Virus record (IMG/VR): IMGVR_UViG_3300020388_000692
Span: 1-54,915 of that record
Source: a virus
Lineage: Duplodnaviria; Caudoviricetes
DNA length: 54,915 bases
Direction: 5' to 3' (one strand)
A program made the translations under genes and the position numbers. The notes below the pieces were generated by a model. The model was not told the origin of the DNA. It saw only the letters and a program-made list of their open reading frames with translations, and ran no database searches. Shown piece after piece: positions 43,721 to 53,837 of this stretch. The first letter of the stretch is position 1, and each line of letters starts with the position of its first letter.

Positions 43721-44642
43721 CAGTTCCGACTCGTATTCTAACAGAGTCGTATGGTATTGTCAATGTTCCAGGTTTAGAAAATGTCAGGAAGAACCCACCA
43801 TTACCAGCACCACACAGTCGGTGTGCTAGGACGGTATCGTTGAGTTCTAGTGCAGAGTCCATCATCTGGATAGTCTCGTTCTCTGCGATAGTTGATGATG
43901 TCTGCTTTTTCTGTCTCCAACTCTTACTCATCAGATTCAGGAAACACTTGTAACTCTTGTTGGATAGCAGATAGTATGCTTCGTCACATGTTTCCAGAAG
44001 AGGTTTGACTTTATCCAGGTTCTCTGTCACATTCTTGAGAATCTTCTTGGAGTTTCTAGTAACACCAGTAAAGACAAGATGTGTATCATAGTGGTCAAAC
44101 AGGTCAGTGGGTAGGAACTCATAGGTGATACAGTCATCTCCCATAAAATTGATGCGTTTGAATCCACCGACACCACATCCGTATGGGTCTTGGTATCCAC
44201 AGTATGGATTATAGACCCTTTCCAACTTATATGCGAGTTTGCATGCGTCACTATCGGTAATCGGGATACCCAGGAACATGGTGCATGCCTTGATAAGACT
44301 GATTGTATATGAAGAAGAGGACGCAAGTCCGCTACCCTGTGAGTATGCATCACTAGTCAGGGTGACCTGAACTGGTGGCATATCATAGTGCTCCAATACG
44401 GTCCTTACAACCTCGTTCTGGATGTCTTGGATGCTAGAGACTTCTTCTCTTCTAGAATAGTTGATGATATATTTGTGCTGCTCTCTATTGAAACCAAACT
44501 TGTCCTGTGTGATAGTCACATATGTCTTAAGACTGGATGTAAAACTAATTACAGAACCACGTCCATACTCCTCTACGAAGTATGGATTGTCTGTAGAACC
44601 ACCGAAGAGTGATACACGAAGAGGACAGGATGCAATAATCAT
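43695..44642 (-). CDS. GHMP sugar kinase (HddA-like heptose-7-phosphate kinase)
   Basis: PLRVSLFGGSTD, GSGLASSS, GYQDPY, LCGAGNGGF. Confidence 0.85.
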   Translation of the reverse strand: MIIASCPLRVSLFGGSTDNPYFVEEYGRGSVISFTSSLKTYVTITQDKFGFNREQHKYIINYSRREEVSSIQDIQNEVVRTVLEHYDMPPVQVTLTSDAYSQGSGLASSSSYTISLIKACTMFLGIPITDSDACKLAYKLERVYNPYCGYQDPYGCGVGGFKRINFMGDDCITYEFLPTDLFDHYDTHLVFTGVTRNSKKILKNVTENLDKVKPLLETCDEAYYLLSNKSYKCFLNLMSKSWRQKKQTSSTIAENETIQMMDSALELNDTVLAHRLCGAGNGGFFLTFSKPGTLTIPYDSVRIRVGTDGVYGKSI

Positions 44643-45463
44643 ATGTATTTCTTCAGGTACTCCTGGTTACCATAATACTCCAAAAGTTGCTGCTTGTCCA
44701 TTCTCTGTAATTTTTCCCAGAGTTTGAGATTATCTTGCATATGTGGATTGCCTGTATAAGAGGTTGGCCAAGAGTTATTACCTCTACTATGCTCCAAGTG
44801 ATACAACCAACTATCAATTCTACCTACATTATATCCAAGAGTAGTGAATCTGAAAAATCTTTCTTTGTCTTCTGGAGCAGAACCCTTAAAGTTCTCATTC
44901 TCCATACCACCTTCAATATAAACATCACGATCAAAAAACTGAACCCATCCAAAGTCTGAGGTAGATTCATTTGAATTGTCCACTAAGGTATTGAAATCAA
45001 ATTCAGAGTCAATAAATTTGTTGACTAGTTCATCTGTAGCATCAACTTGATATTGATATACACCTTGACCATATGGATAAACTACATCACATTGACCGGA
45101 GAGGATAGAAGAATACGCAGTGACATACGATTCAACTGGAAGAAGAACATCACAATCGTAATTGATAATGACCTTTGTCTTTGCTTTCGATAACATTTCA
45201 TTCAGAATATGCATCCTGTAAAATACAGAGTTATCAGACTCCTCAAAGATGTGAGTCAGTTTGTCAAGACTGATACCATCAGCATTTTCCAACAAAGGTA
45301 GAACATCAGTACTAAACACCGATTTGGTGTCAACTTCTTTGACAATGATATTCGTATCAAAGTTGTTCAGCAAAAAATACAGAACAGTAAGAACATTTCT
45401 CAATCTATCCTGTGACTCGATTCTGATAGGAATAATAAAAGTTGCATTCGTTAGATCTTTCAT
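44639..45463 (-). CDS. GT-A glycosyltransferase (GT2/GT7-like)
   Basis: TFIIPIR..DRLRN..YDCDV..GGMENENF.G..PED.ER..LYHLEH. Confidence 0.8.
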   Translation of the reverse strand: MKDLTNATFIIPIRIESQDRLRNVLTVLYFLLNNFDTNIIVKEVDTKSVFSTDVLPLLENADGISLDKLTHIFEESDNSVFYRMHILNEMLSKAKTKVIINYDCDVLLPVESYVTAYSSILSGQCDVVYPYGQGVYQYQVDATDELVNKFIDSEFDFNTLVDNSNESTSDFGWVQFFDRDVYIEGGMENENFKGSAPEDKERFFRFTTLGYNVGRIDSWLYHLEHSRGNNSWPTSYTGNPHMQDNLKLWEKLQRMDKQQLLEYYGNQEYLKKYI

Positions 45464-46410
45464 TGCATCTCTCTTTCGTTTTCAGAATCCATATGAACTG
45501 GATCAATGTACTCATCCTTTAAGTGTCCACGAACCCAACTCTTTGGATGCATGTCCTTAATATGAACATAGCATTCATTATAATCTTTACCATTTGGTGA
45601 GGTAAAGTTTGGACCATAGTAGGGATGCTGATATACAATCTTTTTATTCTCAGACTTTTGTAACCAAGCACCCCACCAAGAGAAAGTAGAATTTGGAATG
45701 ATGCCGCCATTACATAGACTCATCAAGCATAGATCAATCCAAGGTGATAGGGTATACTCCATTTTACCTCTACCATTCCACACTAAGTTATCAGAATACT
45801 CTCTGTGTTCTTGCAACAGAAATCTATCCTGTTCAAATAACTTTTGATTCTTCACCCAATCCATCTTATCAGTCAAGATCAGAACAGGTGTGTCCTTAGG
45901 AAAATGCTCTAGCATTTCTTCAAACCATCGTGCATCTGCAATGGGAAAGAACTCTGGTCTACCAGTAGAATCACTTCTTCTTATATGCAAAAAGATGATG
46001 TCATCACCATACTCTTTAACAAACTCTTGACAAGGTTCTAGAATCTCATCCTTAAATGTAAAGTCTTCACGAATGATATCTTCGATGTGCTCAAAGTATT
46101 TTTCTGATTGACGATATCCATCAAGATTAATATTGTCAGGACAGTTCTCAAACAGTTCAACATCAAAGTCGTGTGACGACTCACCGACAGTGGGACAGTT
46201 TTGTGGAACAAACCCAAAGTTGCTCTCACCAACTGTACTCATCTTAAATCCATCAAACAGAACGTATTCTGCCATCGGTAAAGTATTGTAGTCTAAAGGA
46301 GGAATACACCACTGGTAGTTATGTTTTGCAGCGATGCCCCTTAATGCAGCGTATTGGAACATCTGGTTTCCAAGTCTACCATTGATGCCCAATCGATTGT
46401 ATCCAATCAT
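45460..46410 (-). CDS. alpha-1,2-fucosyltransferase-like, GT11
   Basis: GRLGNQMFQYA, GYRQSEKYF, LHIRRSD, DLCLMSLC..NSTFSWWGAWL. Confidence 0.9.
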   Translation of the reverse strand: MIGYNRLGINGRLGNQMFQYAALRGIAAKHNYQWCIPPLDYNTLPMAEYVLFDGFKMSTVGESNFGFVPQNCPTVGESSHDFDVELFENCPDNINLDGYRQSEKYFEHIEDIIREDFTFKDEILEPCQEFVKEYGDDIIFLHIRRSDSTGRPEFFPIADARWFEEMLEHFPKDTPVLILTDKMDWVKNQKLFEQDRFLLQEHREYSDNLVWNGRGKMEYTLSPWIDLCLMSLCNGGIIPNSTFSWWGAWLQKSENKKIVYQHPYYGPNFTSPNGKDYNECYVHIKDMHPKSWVRGHLKDEYIDPVHMDSENEREMQ

Positions 46411-46412
46411 AA

Positions 46413-47450
46413 TTAAAAGTTTATTACGTCCAGAACTCTAATAATTTGCTTTTTAGAACCGATAGTTATTCTAACACAGTTATCTAGGTTTGCAAAGGAA
46501 CTGCGATCTCTGATTAAGATTTTATTCTCTTTCATCTTTTCCAATACTCTTACTGAGTCTGGAGTCTTCACAAGAATAAAATTAGCAGCACTCTCTACAG
46601 CAGTATATTGTGGTGGCAGATTGTCAATGAAGAACTTCTTAGCATCATTCATCTCTTCAATTCTTGCATTTAAATAGTCAAGGTCATTCAAGCAAGCAAT
46701 ACCACAAAGTTGTGCAAGTGCATTGACAGTCTTTCCATTCTTAATCTTTCTAAGGTGGAACAGTAAATCAGGGTGTGCCATTACATATCCCAGTCTTGCT
46801 GCTGCCAAACCAAATGCCTTAGAGAATGTTCTTGTGACAATCAAGTTCTTATGAGAGATAACAAGATGACTACATGATTGACCTGCAAACTCATAGTATG
46901 CTTCATCAACCACAAACAAAGTGCCTGGATTAGAATCAACTAGATCTTCAATCTCTTCTACAGGAATTAATTTACCTGTTGGATTATTTGGATTAACCAG
47001 ATAAACCACATCACTCATCATGCATGGTGCAAAGTCCCAGACATGCTCACCAAGAGGATCAATAATTTGAATCTTCTCATAATTTTGCGTGTTGACAGAG
47101 ATAAAAGTATCTACCTGTGTATAGGAAGGTGCGTAGGATATTACATTTGTCTGACTATCAACAAAGACTGTAAAGATATCTTTGAGTCCATCATCAGAAC
47201 CATTGTATACTTCAATGAACTCGGAGGGAAGACTCACATACTTAGATAGTTCATCTTTTAGTTTTGATGCAGTAATATCAGGATACCTTTCATATCGATA
47301 AAAGGTTTTCATTACTTCAAATACTTTGTTTGAAGGAGGAAACTCAGATTCATTCCAATCAAAACATTCCCAATCTTGAGAAAGATTTGCTCTGCCACCT
47401 ACATTATATGGTTTGAGAGCGTCGATACTTTCCCTAACTTTAATTAGCAT
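46413..47450 (-). CDS. PLP-dependent aminotransferase class I/II (HisC-like)
   Basis: DWNES, RYPD, NGSDD, NPNNPTG, DEAYYEF, RTFSKAFGLAAARLGY. Confidence 0.9.
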   Translation of the reverse strand: MLIKVRESIDALKPYNVGGRANLSQDWECFDWNESEFPPSNKVFEVMKTFYRYERYPDITASKLKDELSKYVSLPSEFIEVYNGSDDGLKDIFTVFVDSQTNVISYAPSYTQVDTFISVNTQNYEKIQIIDPLGEHVWDFAPCMMSDVVYLVNPNNPTGKLIPVEEIEDLVDSNPGTLFVVDEAYYEFAGQSCSHLVISHKNLIVTRTFSKAFGLAAARLGYVMAHPDLLFHLRKIKNGKTVNALAQLCGIACLNDLDYLNARIEEMNDAKKFFIDNLPPQYTAVESAANFILVKTPDSVRVLEKMKENKILIRDRSSFANLDNCVRITIGSKKQIIRVLDVINF

Positions 47451-48675
47451 TAGTCATTCCCCAGTAATCAACAACACTAACTTTAGATACATCGAGTGTT
47501 GCAAGTGATTTATCTGGATGCATTATAGCAACAACATCAGATTTATTCACACATTCTTGTGCATTTCCACACTGATGAACTTTTTCACCATCGCCATTTA
47601 AATTAGCAAATGATTCTTCCAATGGATCATACGCATATACACTTATTCCATACATGCCCAATAGATCTCTAATTAATCTAGCAGATGGTGAACCAACTAC
47701 AACAGGAGAGTTAGGTTTGAATGATACTCCAATCACTCCGACTCTCTTATGCTGAGAACATTTTTGTAGGATGCTTTGATATAGATCTTCATTGACCTCA
47801 TCAGCAAACTTCAAGTGCTTTGCTTCTTTCTTTCTATCAGCAGCAAACTTAATGAATGCCATAGTGTCTCTAGGGAAACAAGTTCCACCATATGGAGTAC
47901 CAAACTTAAAGAAGTATGGAGAGATACGTTTGTCCAAACCAATCACATCTGTAATATTATGCACATTGACATTCTCCATACCATCACAGACCTGACCCAG
48001 GAAATTAACAAAGGCAATCTTATTCACAATAAAAGCATTAAGAGATACTTTAGATACTTCTGCTTCTTCTAAAGTCAGTGACTTCTCTGGTGGATCATTC
48101 AAATGAAAATTCTTCCAGATCTCGTGTGTCATATCATAATCTCTCTGACTGTTTGCACCAATCAGGAAGAACTCTGGATTCTTGAAATCCTGAATCACTG
48201 CACCAAGTCTAACAAAGTCAGGAACATAAGAGAAACCAAAACTCTCTTGATACTTCCTACCAGAAATCTTCTCGACCAAATGAATGAGTCTAGCAATCGA
48301 ACCTGGCAGCACAGTAGAAGACAGAACAATCAAATGATAGTCTTTATCACTACGCTTTAGATTAACAGCAAGGTCTGTCAGTGCAGACTCAACAAACTCA
48401 TCGGAGTATCCACTGTCACCTAGTTGTGTATTTACTAGAATGATCGATGCGTCAGTCTCTTCTACTGCTCTCTTATACGAATCAGTAAATCCAATAAAGT
48501 TTTGATGTGGGAAAATAGCATCAAGTCCTGGTTCATAGAAAGGTAATTCTTGATGATTCAATTTATCAAGAACATATTCATTCTTATCTACACCCAGAAT
48601 CTTATTACCAGATTCTGCAAGACAACATGCTAATGGTAGTCCCAGTTTACCGAGACCAATAAAACTTACGTTCAT
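47440..48675 (-). CDS. UDP-glucose/GDP-mannose dehydrogenase family protein
   Basis: IGLGKLGLP, PFYEPGL, STVLPG, DKRI..YGGTCFPRD, SFKPN. Confidence 0.9.
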   Translation of the reverse strand: MNVSFIGLGKLGLPLACCLAESGNKILGVDKNEYVLDKLNHQELPFYEPGLDAIFPHQNFIGFTDSYKRAVEETDASIILVNTQLGDSGYSDEFVESALTDLAVNLKRSDKDYHLIVLSSTVLPGSIARLIHLVEKISGRKYQESFGFSYVPDFVRLGAVIQDFKNPEFFLIGANSQRDYDMTHEIWKNFHLNDPPEKSLTLEEAEVSKVSLNAFIVNKIAFVNFLGQVCDGMENVNVHNITDVIGLDKRISPYFFKFGTPYGGTCFPRDTMAFIKFAADRKKEAKHLKFADEVNEDLYQSILQKCSQHKRVGVIGVSFKPNSPVVVGSPSARLIRDLLGMYGISVYAYDPLEESFANLNGDGEKVHQCGNAQECVNKSDVVAIMHPDKSLATLDVSKVSVVDYWGMTNAN

Positions 48676-50018
48676 TTTACCTCATTAATAATACTTCTAA
48701 TCTTCTGAGTTCTTTTATCTCTGGGTATTTCAGATACTCTCATTATATCATAATTCATATCACCCAATCTAGACTTCAATCCACTGAGGATATCATTATC
48801 TATGTTACCTGAGCAGTCTGAGTTCTGGACATATTTGAATGTAATGTCCTTGTGAGACTTCTGAATGATTTGAAACATCTTGACTGCTGGCATCTTCTTA
48901 TCGATCCAACTATAGAAGTTCACTCCAGGAAGTCTAGCACCAGTGGATGAAACTAGGATGTCACTACTGCGTCCATTGATCTCTTTCACTTTTCCATCTT
49001 CAAGAACAAAAGTATCTTCTGTTTTATATCTAATCAATGGCATGTAGTAGTTGATAAACCCAGTAGCAATCAATCCATATGTGCCATCAAAGTTATCATA
49101 AAATTCATCAACACCATACTCATAATTCTGATGATAGTCTTGCGAATCTTCAGTTTGATGCATGAATGATACCTTTTCCATTTGTCCATAGTGTCCGCAT
49201 GGTTTAATACCAAATACATCTACAACTTTATCATACCACTGGTTGAGCATTTTCTCAGATGTGACATGAATCTTTTCAATTAGATCCATCTTGAGATTAT
49301 TCTCTTCACATAAACATGCAAGGATATATGCCGATGAAGGATATGTACAAATGGTTTGATAATTTTCAGAATTAATCTTATCAACATACTGTCCAATAGT
49401 ATTATCATTAAGATGATAGGCAGACATATAAAGTCTCTTCAGTTCATAATCATAATACCAAAGTGGAGAATCGCTATTCTTGGGAACATATCTTCTCAAC
49501 CAGACACTAGGAGTATCATACATCTGTGCTCCTTGTTCAAGATATGCTCGCATATTAAATGCTGCTTCTTTCTTGAAGACTTCATCATTCACATAGAACT
49601 TTAACTTATCACCACTTGAACCACTAGTAGTAATGGGATAACTTTTTTCATAGGCATAATCAGTTGCTATCATTTGATCAGCATTATCCATGATGATCTT
49701 CTTAGTCAGAATAGGAAAGTTTTTTAGATCTTCAATACATCTAAAGTCCTGTGGTTTCCAATCATTGTGAATGAAGATATGTCTATAATATGGAACACTA
49801 CGGTAGCAATGAGAAAGAAGTTTTCTCAACTGTAGAAACTGGTAATCTTTTTTAGTTTGCAGATCCCACTTAGAAGACTTCAGCAAAAAGGAAAGCGTAT
49901 CTTCATATACTTTCCCATACCTTTTAGAAAAAGGAACTGAATTGTAATAGAATCTCTTAGCAAAGTTAGGAGAGACTTTTACAATTTTATTGATGCTTCC
50001 CACTGAAAAAATCCTCAC
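48672..50018 (-). CDS. phenylacetate-CoA ligase-like adenylate-forming enzyme (CapK-like)
   Basis: VPYYR, LKNFPILTK, TTSGSSG, YPS, TSE, YGQME, MPLIRYKTED, GRSSD. Confidence 0.85.
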   Translation of the reverse strand: MRIFSVGSINKIVKVSPNFAKRFYYNSVPFSKRYGKVYEDTLSFLLKSSKWDLQTKKDYQFLQLRKLLSHCYRSVPYYRHIFIHNDWKPQDFRCIEDLKNFPILTKKIIMDNADQMIATDYAYEKSYPITTSGSSGDKLKFYVNDEVFKKEAAFNMRAYLEQGAQMYDTPSVWLRRYVPKNSDSPLWYYDYELKRLYMSAYHLNDNTIGQYVDKINSENYQTICTYPSSAYILACLCEENNLKMDLIEKIHVTSEKMLNQWYDKVVDVFGIKPCGHYGQMEKVSFMHQTEDSQDYHQNYEYGVDEFYDNFDGTYGLIATGFINYYMPLIRYKTEDTFVLEDGKVKEINGRSSDILVSSTGARLPGVNFYSWIDKKMPAVKMFQIIQKSHKDITFKYVQNSDCSGNIDNDILSGLKSRLGDMNYDIMRVSEIPRDKRTQKIRSIINEVK

Positions 50019-50313
50019 TGTTGATTGCTTTGTCGTCTATGTAATAATCTGCTCCATACTTTACACCGGCTCTTAAAGTATGGAACTTCAATCCCCATGA
50101 ACGAAGTTGATCGAATGTCTTCTCATAATGATTGATTTTAGAATTACATCCCCTTGCTGTTTCAACAATAATGTAGTTACCTTCATCAAACAGTTTGTTG
50201 ACTACTTCTATTCTATCAGGAAATGGTTCTGCTTCAAAGTATCTCCATCTACCCCTTGAGTTTTTCACTGTATTACAGAGAGTGTGGTCTAAGTCAAATA
50301 CGTATGTTTTCAT
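49987..50313 (-). CDS. small HAD-like capsule-biosynthesis phosphatase
   Basis: FDLDHTL, TARG, YYIDDKA. Confidence 0.8.
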   Translation of the reverse strand: MKTYVFDLDHTLCNTVKNSRGRWRYFEAEPFPDRIEVVNKLFDEGNYIIVETARGCNSKINHYEKTFDQLRSWGLKFHTLRAGVKYGADYYIDDKAINSEDFFSGKHQ

Positions 50314-51212
50314 TAGTCTAAGATGATTTGGGATTCGTCAAAGTTACCATCATAATCAGAGTATAGAACATTCTCAGGAATTTTATGATGAAAATTAGTT
50401 CTGCTGATAGACAATCCCTTTCCATATAAAGCAGAAATATAACTAAAGGAACTATTTGATAGAACCTTTACATCTGAGTTGATCAAATGGTATAAAGAAG
50501 TAAGAGGATGCTCATCAATATGAAATCTAATTGGTAATCCCAACTTAGTAAATGCCTCAAACTGAGAGAGATCTCCTGGTGTTTGGGATCTAGAATAGAT
50601 GTGATACTCTTTATCTACAAAGAGACTTTGAGTTTTTCTATTGAAAATCTCATCAAACTTCTGAAGCAGTGCCACATAATACTTCTCTTTAGTGTTGCCC
50701 TGAACAAACTGCTCTCTAGATTCACTCCTATCATTATCCCTACCTTCAATAAAGTTTGTAATGTGAAGTGAGATATTCAGTTTATCATTGTCAAAGTATT
50801 GTTTTGATTCGTCAAGTGTAACACAGTTTGCTAGGTCAGGAATAAATTTACTCCACAGATCAGCATTTGCATCTGCAAACTTCATCATATCATGATTTGC
50901 AATCTCCACATAGATGTCTTCTCCCTCCTTGTTTTCATTAACAAAGTTTTGGAGATCAGCATTGATATGATCAAACTTGATTGCATCATCAGGAGGTTCA
51001 ATTTGATTTGGAAAATTAAAGAAGTTTGTTACATCCCTACAAAAGTTTTCCTGAGTATCATGCTCTTGGTAGTGCTGCAAGTTTTCAAACTTTGTGCTGG
51101 CAAATTCAACTCCGAGAAGTTTAGAAAGTGTATAGGTATGAATTTGACATTGTGCAACAGCACCTATACCTTCAGTTTGCACTCCATCTGCTCTATTAAA
51201 AAGGTAAATCAT
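50313..51212 (-). CDS. putative glycosyltransferase (GT-B fucosyltransferase-like)
   Basis: EGIGA..Q, ISLHI, HIYS, LINSDV..SNSSFSY. Confidence 0.55.
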   Translation of the reverse strand: MIYLFNRADGVQTEGIGAVAQCQIHTYTLSKLLGVEFASTKFENLQHYQEHDTQENFCRDVTNFFNFPNQIEPPDDAIKFDHINADLQNFVNENKEGEDIYVEIANHDMMKFADANADLWSKFIPDLANCVTLDESKQYFDNDKLNISLHITNFIEGRDNDRSESREQFVQGNTKEKYYVALLQKFDEIFNRKTQSLFVDKEYHIYSRSQTPGDLSQFEAFTKLGLPIRFHIDEHPLTSLYHLINSDVKVLSNSSFSYISALYGKGLSISRTNFHHKIPENVLYSDYDGNFDESQIILD

Positions 51213-52147
51213 TATGCTCCCCAGAATTGTTTTTGAATCAGTTCACAAGTATTCTTAATGTTCATAGACAATGCACCCAAAAACATATTGCTACAAGTCC
51301 CTAAGATATGATCACTTTTGCTGGTAAGGATAACATCTAGGATACAATCCTCAACTTCTTTCTGATACTTTTCATCAGTTAATTCATAAGTGTCTCTACC
51401 AACTCCTCTCCAATCATCGAAGTCTTCAAATCTAGGACGATCAGTAAAGATACAATCTTCACCAAATTCTTTTACAAATGCATCAACATATGGTTGATTC
51501 TGTGTAGTGAGTAGAACTGCATCGTAATCACTCATACGATCTCTGACGTTGTTGACTGCTCCCTGAATGAAAGCAGGCGCTACATCTTCAGTAGCAACTT
51601 TACCTGTAGAGGGATCAATGTAATGATAGATGGTTCTAAGCATAACAGAAAGAACTTTCTTGCCTTCTATCAATTTTTCTTCTTGGGTAACACGCTTACC
51701 AAATTTCTTTGTGTAGGAAAGTTTGTTCCACTGGTCATTGAATACCTTTCTATTCAATTCTAAATGATCAATATCTTGATACACCTGAACCATACCACCC
51801 TTACCACTATACTTCAAAACATCTCTAGGGTAATGATCAATGCAGTTAACGAAGAGTTCAGGATAATGCTCCAGGAAAATAAACTGTTCTGGATACTCTT
51901 TCTTTATGGCATTGCCAACAAAAATATCAGTAAGAACATTCTTCTTAAGAAGTTCACGATCAAACTGACTAGATCTAATATAAGGTTCTTCTGGTGTTGT
52001 TAAACAATTATTCCAATCATGAGTTTTATTACAAACATGAAGAGAAACATCAATATCATTAGTTTCTTCAACTGTCATCCAACTGAAAAAATTGAGGAAT
52101 GCACTGAACACTCCACAACCATTTCCAACTATTACATTTTTACTCAT
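51212..52147 (-). CDS. NodZ/O-fucosyltransferase-like protein
   Basis: GCGVFSAF, LSVMLR, LLTT, DVILTSKSDHILGTCSN. Confidence 0.6.
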   Translation of the reverse strand: MSKNVIVGNGCGVFSAFLNFFSWMTVEETNDIDVSLHVCNKTHDWNNCLTTPEEPYIRSSQFDRELLKKNVLTDIFVGNAIKKEYPEQFIFLEHYPELFVNCIDHYPRDVLKYSGKGGMVQVYQDIDHLELNRKVFNDQWNKLSYTKKFGKRVTQEEKLIEGKKVLSVMLRTIYHYIDPSTGKVATEDVAPAFIQGAVNNVRDRMSDYDAVLLTTQNQPYVDAFVKEFGEDCIFTDRPRFEDFDDWRGVGRDTYELTDEKYQKEVEDCILDVILTSKSDHILGTCSNMFLGALSMNIKNTCELIQKQFWGA

Positions 52148-52989
52148 ACTACAATCCAATCCTTACAATACAAATCCGACAGGTCTTTGTCTGCATATGC
52201 AGGACCATACCATTTCTTTGGAGCAACAACCTTTCCCTTACTATTTTGTAACCAAGCACCCCACCAACTGAGAGAACTATTTGCTATTATAGCATGGGAA
52301 CATAAGGACATCAAGCACAGATCAATGTAAGGTTCGTATGAACCATCACTGTACTTGTCCTCTGGAACAGAAATTACAAACCTATCACCTTCAAAGAACT
52401 CTTGCTCCTGAACCCAGTCAGGAGAATCTGAGAATACAATCACTGGTTGATCTTTATCAAAATGTGAAAGTGCTTCTTCGTAATATTCTAATGTCTGTGG
52501 TGGGTGTTGATGTGAACACTGAGTGTAAGACCACTTAAATCCACGAGGATCTGTAAGATTAGGATCTCCTCTGCGAACATGAAGCATGATAGGTTCTTGA
52601 TCTACATACTGACTCATAAAATCAGCACATGGTTGAAGAATACTATCATGGAATGTAAAGTCCTTACGAACTATATCTGCAGCATTTACAAAATACTTTT
52701 CAGTTTGAAAGAATCCATAAAGAGATACATTATCAGGGCAACCATCAAATAACTCTTTAGAGAAATGAAAGTGTGGTTCCTGTACATACCTTTCAGTTGC
52801 AATAAAATGAGTAGGGATATGGTCTAACTTAAAGCAGTCATGAAGACTATAGTTCTCAATACCCTCATGCTCTGTAGGAGGGATACAAACATTATACCCA
52901 TGATGTGCTGCGATACCGCGCAGTGCTGCAAACTCAAACATCTGGTTTCCCAATCTGCCTAAGTTGCCTAGATGATCAAATCCAATCAT
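52144..52989 (-). CDS. alpha-1,2-fucosyltransferase-like, GT11
   Basis: GRLGNQMF, GFFQTEKYF, HVRRGD, VFSDS, NSSLSWWGAWL, APKKW. Confidence 0.92.
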   Translation of the reverse strand: MIGFDHLGNLGRLGNQMFEFAALRGIAAHHGYNVCIPPTEHEGIENYSLHDCFKLDHIPTHFIATERYVQEPHFHFSKELFDGCPDNVSLYGFFQTEKYFVNAADIVRKDFTFHDSILQPCADFMSQYVDQEPIMLHVRRGDPNLTDPRGFKWSYTQCSHQHPPQTLEYYEEALSHFDKDQPVIVFSDSPDWVQEQEFFEGDRFVISVPEDKYSDGSYEPYIDLCLMSLCSHAIIANSSLSWWGAWLQNSKGKVVAPKKWYGPAYADKDLSDLYCKDWIVV

Positions 52990-53837
52990 TGATATTCTTT
53001 CCTCATTTCATCAAATACTTTTTGAATCCCTTTGTCGATACCAGTCCTTGGTAACCACCAAGCAGAGATAAAGATATCTGCCTCGTTCCTCTTATCCATC
53101 TGAACACTATCCTTGGCAAGACCTGGTTTGATCTTTACATCCATTCGGTCAATCCGATTGAAGCAACCCTGAATAATATGGGCAACATCTTTAATAGAAG
53201 TAGAATTGAATGATGTGATGTGCAGTGGATCTTCTGGTTTGAAGTCTGTATAGTTTCTCATCACAGTCTCTAAACCTTCACAGCAATCTTCAGCATACAG
53301 GAACTGTCGTTCTTCTGTGCCGTCAGTCATCATCTCAAACTCACCCTCTTCAAATCCTTTACGAATAAAGTCAGTGATAACATGTGCTTTATCCATGTCC
53401 TTTTCTATACCATATACATTCCAGAACTTGACAGTCAGTCCTTTGAGTGCAGTGGTGTATAATTCTCCAAGTTTTTTACAAGCACCATAGGGAGAATACC
53501 CCATGTTACTCATCTGAGAGGATGCAAATACAAATCTCTTATTGTATTTCTTGAGAAGGTCAAATACATTGACCATCATACGGGCGTTATTGTTTAGAAA
53601 ATCAAAAGTATGTTGATACTTTTTTAGATATCTAGATCCGCCAACATCAAAGGCAAGAAAGAACACAAAGTCTGCATTCTTAATTGCACGATCAAGATTG
53701 AGATTAGGAATTTCAGTTAGATCTTCACCATGATGTCTAGCAATATCAAACTCAGTGACTTCATAATCGTTCTTACGAAGATACTCGGTCAAGTAGGCAC
53801 CAATCTGCCCGCTCGACCCAAGGATTGTGACTTTCAT
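52986..53837 (-). CDS. NAD-dependent epimerase/reductase (extended SDR)
   Basis: LGSSGQIG, FLAFDVGG, YGACK, RQFLYAEDC. Confidence 0.85.
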   Translation of the reverse strand: MKVTILGSSGQIGAYLTEYLRKNDYEVTEFDIARHHGEDLTEIPNLNLDRAIKNADFVFFLAFDVGGSRYLKKYQHTFDFLNNNARMMVNVFDLLKKYNKRFVFASSQMSNMGYSPYGACKKLGELYTTALKGLTVKFWNVYGIEKDMDKAHVITDFIRKGFEEGEFEMMTDGTEERQFLYAEDCCEGLETVMRNYTDFKPEDPLHITSFNSTSIKDVAHIIQGCFNRIDRMDVKIKPGLAKDSVQMDKRNEADIFISAWWLPRTGIDKGIQKVFDEMRKEYQ

